Assembly: GCA_964016885.1 (NCBI GenBank)
Contig: OZ024740.1
Coordinates: 298,530,001 to 298,594,000, forward strand
Length of the DNA: 64,000 nucleotides
From: Eledone cirrhosa
Lineage: Eukaryota
Direction: 5' to 3'
The translations under genes were made by a program, and so were the position numbers. Shown here one piece after another: positions 1 to 9,085 of this stretch (position 1 is the first letter of the stretch; each line of letters begins with the position of its first letter). A model generated the notes under the pieces. The model made no database searches. It was not told where the DNA came from and worked only from the letters and a program-made list of their open reading frames with translations.

Positions 1-21
1 CTCCAACACTTGCACCAACAT

Positions 22-336
22 CTATAGCACCTCTTTGTAGACGATATTGCGTGTCATTCCTTGAGGAGTGTAAGCAAAAAGTCCATTCCTGCTCCCTACA
101 CTGAAACAGGCAACATAAAGTTGGCCATGGGAGAAGCATGGCTACCCCAAATGGATGCCCGCCACAGACAATGTTTGCCCTTGTGACTTGTTAATGGACA
201 TGGCAAAACATGGTCTCACTAGGAATTGGGATTGCTGGAAATCGAACGGGATATCCGATGCCGAGGGGAAAAGGTTCATCCTTGGCAGTGTAATCGGCAG
301 AATTGCCAGAAGTACAACACTATGGGGTGTTGTCAA
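22..336 (-). mobile_element. Helitron PIF1-like helicase C-terminal fragment (pseudogenised)
   Basis: Minus frame reads [57 protein letters not shown]...[10 protein letters not shown]. These are the characteristic Helitron helicase C-terminal motifs ([24 protein letters not shown]), with an in-frame TAG at 142-144. Confidence 0.9.
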
Positions 337-443
337 ATTAATATTTAATGAAAGTCGTAAAAAATAAATAATTTAAACATTCCGATTCATATGTCTAAAT
401 TTATTTATTTTAAATAAATTTATTTATATTAGACATATTATGT

Positions 444-1765
444 GTTAGATTCCTGGACTTCCACACGGGAATATACCGCGATGATGGACTGACCTTATTG
501 AGCCATAAAAGTGGTCACGACCTCGACCGGTTTAAAAAAGACTTAGCTTCTACCTTCAATGAGTTAGGACTTAGGATAACAGTAGCTACCAACCTCGCTA
601 GCGTAGATTTCTTAGACATTAATTTAGACCTTTGCACACACACCTACAGACCCTTCCATAAGCTTAACGAAAAAGTCAATTACATTTACATTCACAAGGA
701 CTACCCTCCCACTGTTTTTAGAAACTTCGTAAATAATATCAGTACTAGAATCTCAAACCGCTCCTCTAATAATGCTATCTTTGACAGAGCGGCACCCTAC
801 TATAACACAGCGTTAGCTAACAGCGGCTTCTCGCAACCTATCACTTACTCTCTCACTATCAACAACAGTAATAAGAAAAGAAAGCGTAACAATAGACAAA
901 CTATCAACGTTAACACCAATGTAGGCAAAAAATTTCTAGCCCTCTTAGATAGACACTTCCCCATAGGTCACAAATACCGCTCCATCTTTAACCGACACAA
1001 AGTAAAACTAGCATACTCCTGTGCTAAGAACATGAAGGCCCACATCACCAACAGCCCTAAGAGCAACACCCCACCAGGGTGCTCTTGCCGTAAGCCCTAA
1101 GCTTGTCCCCTTCAACAGCAATGCAACACACCTGCTGTAGTTTATGAAGCTGTGGTCACTTCTAACCGACCAAATCAACCACAGGAGGTCAAATCCTATG
1201 TGGGTATGGCAGAGGGCCTATTTAAGGAACGCTTCCTGAACTACCAGTCGACCTTTAGGTACCCGGACAGACGTTCATCCACGAAACTCGCGAGCCACGT
1301 ATGGTCCCTCAAGGACTCAAGTATAGACTACTCCATTCAATGGAAAGCCATTACTAAGTCCAAGCCATACACAAGGGGCAATCCGTCGTGTGGACTATGT
1401 ATTGATGAACGAATAAATATTCTAAAGAGATTACGCAATAGTGATTGCCTAAACTTGAGAAATGAATTCTTTACACATTGTCCACACGTCTGGAAACACC
1501 TCTTACACAACTACAAAGTTCCGGATTGAATTACAACATCCTAATTTTCTTATCAACTAGAAACTTTTGGACTTTCGCAGTTATCTCCCTTACACCTCTC
1601 GCACGCAATTTAGTATTGCCTGTGTGAAGTGACCGGTTTCTGCGCATGCACGTTCATATGGTTGTCCTTCCTGTTTCGTATATCCATGTCCATTACGAAC
1701 TGAGGATCCGCTAAGGTGAAACAATTGTTCTCGGTATGGTGAACTAACTGTTGTGTAACTACTTA
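444..1765 (+). mobile_element. Penelope-like retroelement (Naiad-like), 5'-truncated: RT C-terminal half plus GIY-YIG endonuclease and 3' pLTR
   Basis: One frame from about 444 to 1529: IYRDDGL (RT catalytic motif, 471-491), VDFLDINL, CSCRKP*ACPLQQQC linker, VVYEA..SYVGMAEGLFKERF (GIY-YIG), LASHVWSLK, CGLC..CPH. One in-frame TAA at 1098-1100. A hammerhead-like motif follows at about 1700. Confidence 0.9.
1690..1739 (+). ncRNA. Hammerhead ribozyme-like motif in the PLE 3' pLTR (degenerate)
   Basis: CTGAGGA (1700-1706), short stem II, GAAA (1718-1721), palindromic CAATTG, then TT. Stem I is imperfect (ccattacgaa / ctcggtatgg). Confidence 0.6.
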
Positions 1766-1769
1766 TATA

Positions 1770-2112
1770 TCATCATCATCATCATTTCATTTTATGTCCG
1801 CTGTTTCCCTGCTTGCAAGAGTGGGACGGCAACTGATTCTGGCTTGATTTCTACAGCTGGATGCCCTTCCTAACACCAACCTCATTTACAGTGAGTGCTG
1901 GGTGCTTTTTTTGCCGTGGCACCTCCACGACCACTGTGCAGTGGAGTGATATGGACCCCAGTCCCTATCATCTCATTTCTACAGCTGAGTAAACTGGAGC
2001 AATGTGAAATAAAGTGTCTTGCTCAAGGAAACAACACATCACCCGGTCTGAGAATTGAACTCAACCTTTTGATTGCAAGGCCAATGCTCTAACCACTAAG
2101 CCATGTGCCTCC
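1770..2112 (-). mobile_element. tRNA-derived SINE with RTE-like 3' tail (family A)
   Basis: Reverse complement begins GGAGGCACATGGCTTAGTGGTTAGAGC (A box) and has GAGTTCAATTC (B box). The 3' part (GGGCATCCAGCTGTAGAAA...(GAT)n) is shared with the RTE 3' UTR at 23200-23449. Confidence 0.85.
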
Positions 2113-2130
2113 ATATATATATATATATAT

Positions 2131-2452
2131 GGAGGCACATGGCTTAGTGGTTAGAGCATTGGCCTTGCAATCGAAAGGTTGTGAGTTCAATTCAATGTGT
2201 TGTTTCCTTGAGCAAGACACTTTATTTCATATTGCTTCAGTTTACTCAGTTGTAGAAATGAGATGATAGGGACTGGGGTCCCTATCATTCCACTGCAAAG
2301 TGGTTGTGGAGGTGCCACAGCAAAAAAGCAGCCATCACTCACTGTAAATGAGGTTGGTGTTAGGAAAGGCATCCAGCTGTAGAAATCAAGCCAGAATCAG
2401 TTCCCGTCCCACCCTTGCAAGCAGGGAAAAGCAGATGTAAAATGATGACGAT
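2131..2452 (+). mobile_element. tRNA-derived SINE family A, head-to-head with the previous copy
   Basis: Same head, body and tail as 1770-2112 and 37357-37710; separated from the first copy by an 18-nt (AT)n spacer. Confidence 0.85.
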
Positions 2453-2467
2453 ACACACATACACATA

Positions 2468-2847
2468 CATTTATGTTGTGTGGTTCACGAATGAGTAAAA
2501 CTTGTCATTCTGTTTGGTTAATAATGATGTAATAGTAAGAAAAGTAGTCTATGCTATGCAACTCATCCATCATAGATGTTGAATCTCATGGCTGTTGCAG
2601 GAACGGATTTAAATAGCTATTTGGAGATGTGCTGTAGCAATAACACTGATTTGCGTGCCATCACCGAATCAAATATATTCTCTATTCTTTGTTTGTGTTT
2701 GTCGTAATTCCTTTTATTGATTAAATAATTATGCAATCTGCACCTGATGATGTTGCCAGGATCTTGAAAGAAATATATATCCTGTTTTATGCAACATTAA
2801 AACTTTAAAGGGATATTTCCAGTCCGGCCTTCTGTTGTTTTATTTAA

Positions 2848-2848
<1 letters not shown>
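2468..2848 (+). mobile_element. Short PLE/retrozyme-like repeat with truncated hammerhead
   Basis: Homologous to 3899-4225 (shared start catttatg/aggtt..tggttcac and shared end ccagtcc(g/a)gcct..gtt(g/a)tttt). It keeps CTGATGA plus stem II (tgttgc/gcaaca, caggat/atcctg) but has lost GAAA and stem III. Confidence 0.55.
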
Positions 2849-2889
<41 letters not shown>

Positions 2890-3211
2890 TTGTCTTGCAG
2901 TATTCACGGGGGTTACATTCCTAGAGCCCCCACAAAGAGTGAAAAACTGTGAATTTTGGACGTGATCCATAAAAATGCCTATAAACGTGAAAACATAACG
3001 TAAAATATAAACCGACAAATACGGTATATTGTTATTAATAATTTAGTGTTAAAAAGTGTGAAAAAATATATATTGCCACCAAAAAAGCCATAAAAAATTG
3101 CGGATTATATTTACGATTCCGTGAATATGTGGCGGTTTCCACAAACAATTATTAGTTTGGCTCTAAGGAAAATTCTGCAATTAACCGGGGGCGTGAATGC
3201 TGGAGCTACAC

Positions 3212-3253
<42 letters not shown>

Positions 3254-3543
3254 AAAAAAAAGTGTGGATGATAGAAAACGTTCTATACAGATCACGTATA
3301 AGGCAAACGATAATAAAAAGATGATTTGAAAAGTGCATCTGGTAGATCTGTAAATAAAGGATCTTTATAACATGTGCAAAAAATTGATGTTTAACGAAGC
3401 TTGCCTACTCTTACGTCGAAAAAACAACACGACGCATTCGGCTGGCCTCCTTTATCATGAAAAGAAAATCTTTTTTGGGGGGATTATTGGATTTTTCAAA
3501 ATTTCAAGGTTTTTTTGGAACTTTCAATATTTTTTTAGGTTTT

Positions 3544-3603
3544 GCTGTCTGAAGAACTCAGGCTATTATAACTAATAGTCCTCAGTGAAATATATATAAC
3601 TGG
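3544..3603 (+). ncRNA. Minimal type-I hammerhead ribozyme
   Basis: gctgt-CTGAAGA (3549-3555)-stem II (act/agt; ggctatt/aatagtc)-GAAA (3587-3590)-palindromic TATATA-TA-actgg. AATAAA follows about 10 nt later, then (TA)n. Stem I has a mismatch. Confidence 0.7.
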
Positions 3604-3676
3604 GTTTTAAATAAACTTGAATCAACTGAATATGGGCTCTAATCTTCTATTAATATATATATATATATATATATAT

Positions 3677-3863
3677 AACAAAGAAAGTGTGGCAAGGAAC
3701 CAGATGGACTATAACGCACCAGAGTACTCAATACTTAGGGTAGTAGAATGGGTAATAGGGAAATGTTTAACCCCGATGGCAGAGCTCAAGCCGTTTCAAC
3801 GGCTATTTCTGGAAATAGCCGTCGAAATGGCCTGAGCTCTGCCATTGGGGTTAAACATTTTCC

Positions 3864-3866
<3 letters not shown>
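3677..3866. repeat. Fold-back repeat with 55-bp hairpin (PLE pLTR-like remnant)
   Basis: Arms 3755-3809 and 3812-3866 are near-perfect reverse complements; 3677-3797 is also the reverse complement of 4302-4422. Confidence 0.85.
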
Positions 3867-3896
<30 letters not shown>

Positions 3897-4114
3897 ATAC
3901 ATTTAGGTTTGTTGGTTCACCACTGGATAGAACTGGTCATTCTGTATGGTCAACCTTGATGTAATATTAGGGAGAGCACTCGACGTAATACAACTCACCT
4001 GTCTTTGTTTCTGTTGTTGGTGGTGCGAGTACAGAGTTAATTATTATAAAATAACAGGAGGCTGGACTGGTTAAAGATTTATTGTACTATGAACATTCCT
4101 TTGTTAAATTTCGA

Positions 4115-4172
4115 ATACCTGATGATGTCACTGAATTCATACTGAACCCAGTCATTGAAATGTTCATAGTAT
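4115..4172 (+). ncRNA. Minimal type-I hammerhead ribozyme
   Basis: atac-CTGATGA (4119-4125)-imperfect stem II-GAAA (4157-4160)-tg/tt/ca stem III-TA-gtat. Stem I is perfect over 4 bp; AATAAA at 4173-4178. Confidence 0.7.
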
Positions 4173-4238
4173 AATAAACCTTTAAGGAATTACACCAGTC
4201 CAGCCTCCGGTTATTTTATAAATATTATATATATATAT

Positions 4239-4422
4239 ATAGGAAAAGGTATGATCCCGACGGCAGAGCTCAAGCCGTTTCGACGGCTATTTCTGGACTC
4301 AGAAACGGCTTGAGCTCTGCCATCAGGGTCATACTTTTTCCTATTACCCACTCTACTACCCTAAGTATTGATACTCTGGTGCGTTATGGTCCATCTGGTT
4401 CCTTACCACAATTCCTTCGTTA
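4239..4422. repeat. Second copy of the fold-back repeat, opposite orientation
   Basis: Arms about 4239-4281 and 4302-4344; contains the hammerhead 3' half GAAAC-GGC-ttgagctct-GCC-GTC on the minus strand. Confidence 0.8.
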
Positions 4423-4473
4423 TATATATATATATAACTAACAAAAAGTTATTGCTCTACATGGCTGAATACA

Positions 4474-4679
4474 ATAAATGTAATCTGAGTTTTTCAAATA
4501 TTAATAATAATATTCGATTTGTTTGCAATTATGCAAACAAGCCTCTTTTAAGCCATATCAGTAGAATGAGCCCCTCATTCTTCCTCTTGTGTTGGCATGT
4601 AAACAGAACTGCTTGTTTGCATAATTGCAAACAAATCAAATATCATTATTAATATTTGAAAAACTCAGATTATATTTAT
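4474..4679. repeat. MITE-like fold-back element with ~69-bp inverted arms
   Basis: 4474-4542 is the near-perfect reverse complement of 4611-4679; flanked by (TA)n. Confidence 0.8.
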
Positions 4680-5342
4680 ATATATATATATACTTATTAA
4701 TATTATACTTATCTTTTGACTTGCCCTACACATTCAGTGTAGAAGAGGGAAGTATCATGCATATCTTTCCTGAAGGAATAAATGAATAAAGTGAAAAGGC
4801 TTTGGTTGACAATTGGACTCTTAATGCTGGCTTTACTTATGAAAGCTTACCTATTACTGACTCTGTAGAATTGTCACATATAATTAATTGCAAATGCCAA
4901 AGAACAAGTCATGAGTTTCCACTGAGCAAAGGTTGCAAGCTGGTTTCTAGAAACTGTAGTAGACCATGGTCTATAACTGGAGGTGTTCCACAAGGAAGTT
5001 ATAGATTCTTGTGCAAGATTTTTTTCTTGTAAAAATAATTCTTTGGAGAATTTATTTAGATAATTATTTTTGGCAGTTCATACGATACTGTTTGTAGACA
5101 ACTTTTTGAAATTATTCATTTAGGTAATTTTTTTAAAGGTAATTTAGTAAAGCAAACAATTTATACAGTATTTTAAAACAATTTTCTTAGTCAATACCTC
5201 AAGCAAACTTTTTTTGTTAGTTTCTGTAACAATTCATTTGATAATTCCATCAGTTAATAATATTTTAATGAATGCTTGCTTCAGTACTTTTTGATATCTG
5301 ATTGTTGTTTATAATCAGTTTCTATACTATTTTATTTTTTAG

Positions 5343-5456
5343 GTGCGGTTCGTGTAGGAATAGTAAATGATGAAATTGTTATCAACCCCACTAGACGACA
5401 GATTTCTGAAAGTACTCTTAATCTGATTGTAACTTGTATTGATCAATACAAAGTTG
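5343..5456 (+). CDS. PNPT1: PNPT1 internal exon (114 nt, phase 1-1), RNase PH domain 1
   Basis: Polypyrimidine tract and AG at 5341-5342. Translates (G)[37 protein letters not shown](V), matching human PNPase [30 protein letters not shown] as recalled. The frame-preserving donor is G|GCAAGT. Confidence 0.92.
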
Positions 5457-5756
5457 GCAAGTATTTTACCATTGTTTACTGAATGAACAGTTGAGTCAAC
5501 ACATTATAATATATCCCTAAGGCGTAGTTTCTAATATTATTTGGTTGAGGCAGTTGGTATTTCTTGCTTGCAATGTATTCCTGATATTCTAATTGAAAGA
5601 AAATTCTGCTTTTACTTTACGAGCCACAGTTATAACAAAGGATTCATGAAAGGAAAGAACTGTGTCTATTTACCATGAATGTAGCACAAAAGAATCCAAA
5701 TATTCTGTCTTCAGTGACATCAACATTGCTAACCATAACAATAATATATAATTGTA

Positions 5757-6186
5757 ATAATGGTTTCTAATTTAGGCACAAGGCCAGCAATATCTAGGGG
5801 CAGACGGGAAAGTCGATTAAATTGACTCCAGTGCGTGACTGGTACTTTATTTTATCAACCCCATAAGGATGAAAGGCAAAGCTCACCGTGGCAGGATTTG
5901 AACTCAGAACACAAAGGGCCATAACTCTCTGCCATGAAGCAAGGTGTCCGATGTTCTACCACTACTGCCAATCCACCGCCCTTATATAATTGTAATAATT
6001 ATTTCTACTTTTGGCACAAGGCCAGCAATTACCCCCAGTGCCTTACTGGTACTTTATTTTTCGACTCTGAAAGGAAGAAAGGCAAAGTTAACTTTGGTGG
6101 GATTTGGACTCAGACCATAAAAGGCCGTAAACTCTTTGCCTGCAAAGCATGGCATCCGACCCTCTACCGATACTGCCAATCCACTG
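5757..6186 (-). mobile_element. Two tandem copies of SINE family B (tRNA-like head, CORE-like TTGCCTTTCATCCTT..GGGGTCGATAAA block)
   Basis: Reverse complements match the + strand copies at 31930-32115 and 38701-38893; B box GAGTTCAAATCC. Confidence 0.75.
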
Positions 6187-6931
6187 TCATGTAATAATAA
6201 TAGTATTTCACTAGAACTTATAACAACTTGGAGAATTTGAACTGGCCATATGTTCAGTACAGTACATTAATCTGATACCTTTTGCACTGCATATATGGAA
6301 ATGCCTTACAGTTAAGGTCTAATCTATCACTATCCAACATAGAAAAGAAGTATTTCGGAATATTTTGAAAAGATAATTAAAAACATGTTTTTTTTTAACA
6401 TTTAAGGAAAAAATTAAATTAAATGACACAATGAACTGATATAGTATTTTTTCTATTAGTTACATCATTTAATTAATTCTCTCCTGCTGTCTTCCATTTT
6501 TCATTTTGGGTGGGTAGGATGGAATAGAAGTAATTATTTATTGTTCAAAGTAAAGCACAGTGGGAAAGCTCAAATCTAATCAATGTTTTGTATTCTGTGT
6601 TTTATTTCTGAAAAGGATTGTTTTTTGCTGATTATCTGTATTAATCTTCACTGTAAAGCATGAAATAATGGTTCAGTTTCTTTCTTGTTTGTAGTTTTTG
6701 TTACATGTTGAGACATATTTTGATACTTTTATATCTTACTAGACCACCCGTGACCCGTTGGGTCGCATTCACTTCAAAATATTTTTTAAAAATCATGTTC
6801 ATTTAAAAATAATTTTAAAATAATTAAAATATACACAGACATGTATATAATGTGAAATAAAACTGGAAGGCCCATATATATACGTGTGTGTATGGAAATA
6901 TATGTGTGTGTGTGTGTGTATACATATATTT

Positions 6932-6974
<43 letters not shown>

Positions 6975-7273
6975 ACACCTACACACACACACCACCTTCA
7001 GCCCTCCCCGCTCGGACACCCCGTCTCCCTCTCCCCACTCCACCCCTACACACCCCCACACCCTTCCACCACCTGTTTTACCCCTTTTTAATTTCAGTTT
7101 ATTTTGATCATGCTTTTATATTTATTTTTATTTCATTTCATTTTATTTTGATCATGCTTTATTTTAATTTTTATTTTTAATTTCATTCGCACCGTTTCCT
7201 CCCACCCCCTTTTCGCTATATGTCTCTCCACCACTCCCCTACACACCCTTTGAACTCTCTTCCCACACACTTC

Positions 7274-7350
7274 TCACCTGAGGAAGGGCTTATGCCCGAA
7301 ACGTCGTTCCCCACCACCACCCCACTCTCCAGAGCGTGAAATTAATAAAC
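7274..7350 (+). ncRNA. Hammerhead-like motif (core and stem II clear; stems I and III unclear)
   Basis: CTGAGGA (7278-7284)-a-GGGC-ttat-GCCC-GAAAC, with AATAAA and (TA)n downstream. Confidence 0.45.
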
Positions 7351-7418
7351 ATTCATTGTACTGCCTCTCTGTTTTGTTCCTGTTCAAATTTTCCATTATA
7401 TATATATATATATGTATG

Positions 7419-8823
7419 TCATCATCATCATCTTCGTTTAACGTCCATATTCCGCGCTCGCATGGGTTTGGACGGGAGTTTTCCCACTTGAGGCAAGAGT
7501 GGTTGTCTTGCTCGCATAGGACTGTCTGGCGGGTTTTCTACGGCTGGATGCCCTTCCTAACTCCAACCACATTTACAGTGTGGACTGGGAGGTTTTTACC
7601 GTGTTACCTACACGGCCACATTACAGCGTGGACTGTGTGTTTTTTTTGTCGTGACACCTACACGACCTCATTTGTTTCAGGCTGGATGTTGTGGTACCAA
7701 CATAACTTTACATTGAAAGGGGTGGTGTGGATGGGGTGGGGGTAGTGGGACGGGGGTGTATTTTGCTAGAGGTGCCTACTGACTGTAGTAGGTTTCACTT
7801 TGCACGTAGATAAGGTGGGTCTTCTCTATTACTGTGTAGCGCCAAAGATCTCGGTCCAGTGACATTGTCTTGGAGAGGTGTAAGTGTGTGAGGTCGGAAT
7901 TTATCAAGTCGTCCCAGGTTTTTCTGGGTCTGCCTACTCCGTAGCTACCGTCTATTTTTATCGCCCTGCACTTTTTTATACAGCTGTCGTCTTTCATGCA
8001 CATCACGTGACCATACCAACGTAGTCTTCTCTCGAGTAAACAACATCTGATCCCTCTTATTTCTAATTTCTCCCTTAGTTCGTTTATGCTTTGCCGTTCA
8101 CGTATATTACTATTACACATCCAGCAGAGCATGCAAGCTTCATTTCTCTCCAGTCTGCGTATATCCTCTGCACACAATGCCCAGGTCTCACTGCCATGTA
8201 ACATTGCTGTTCGTATGCAGGCATCATACAGCCTGCCTTTCATTTTTAGAGAGAACCCTTTAGCGGCCAATATTGGTATAAGCTCTCTGAACTTTTTCCA
8301 TGCCGTTCTAACTCTAGCTACTGTACTTTCAGAGCACCCTCCCCCATTGCTGATTTTATCATCCACGTAACGGAAGCTGTCCACTATTTCTATAGAACCA
8401 TCTGTGCAATGGAATGAGTTAGTATTCTGTGGGCACTTGCTGCTACTTATTGCACCAGAGCACCGGCCACATATAAAATCTATATTCTTAGTTAGCTTAC
8501 CTGTGATCCCACTACATCTTTTATGTACCCATACTTTGCATTTGGGACATAAAATGGAGTTTCTACCTACTCCTTTCCTACACACTGAGCATGGCCATTT
8601 CCCAGATGGGACCGGTGCCCTATTTTCCTTCCTACAAACTAGAACTTTAGTTTTAGACAAGTTAACTTTAAGGCCTTTTGATTCTAGGCCAGGCTTCCAT
8701 GTTTGGAATTTCTTCTCTAGTTCAGCCATTGATTCAGCTATGAGCGTTAGATCATCTGCATATAGGAGTTCCCATGGGCAGCCGGTCTTGAACTCCTCTG
8801 TTATAGCCTGAAGGGCAATAATA
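7419..8823 (-). mobile_element. RTE-clade LINE, 5'-truncated (RT C-terminal part with PHD finger, 3' UTR, (GAT)n tail)
   Basis: WELLYADDL upstream of ORF 7776-8729; KTKV..CSVC..CPKC..HKRC..CGRC..; RRLRWYGHV; GRPRKTW; flanked by (TA)n/(TG)n. Confidence 0.93.
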
Positions 8824-8829
8824 TGTGTG

Positions 8830-8880
<51 letters not shown>

Positions 8881-8901
8881 GTGTGTGTATATTTATATGT
8901 A

Positions 8902-8932
<31 letters not shown>

Positions 8933-8963
8933 GTGTGTGTATATATATATGTATGTGTGTGTG

Positions 8964-8999
<36 letters not shown>

Positions 9000-9085
9000 T
9001 GTGTGTGTGTATATTTATATGTGGGTGTCTGATCTATATACACTGGTCATAGACACATATATAGACATACTCATATATATATACA
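8820..9085. repeat. Compound (TA)n/(TG)n microsatellite
   Basis: Directly visible; accounts for spurious ORFs 8801-9345. Confidence 0.95.

Noticed and set aside
1098-1700. Selenocysteine recoding or SECIS in the Naiad-like PLE
   Set aside because: The internal stop is TAA, not TGA, and I see no convincing SECIS in the 3' region.
2131-2200. tRNA gene
   Set aside because: A and B boxes are present, but it is the head of a multicopy SINE without a complete cloverleaf.
4802-5032. Cys-containing ORF (IINCKCQR..CK..NCS) as an exon
   Set aside because: No PNPT1 similarity or clear splice sites; at most a decayed transposon CXC-like tail.
8086-8811. + strand ORFs overlapping the RTE (also 36318-37348)
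   Set aside because: Antisense shadows of the RTE coding frame.
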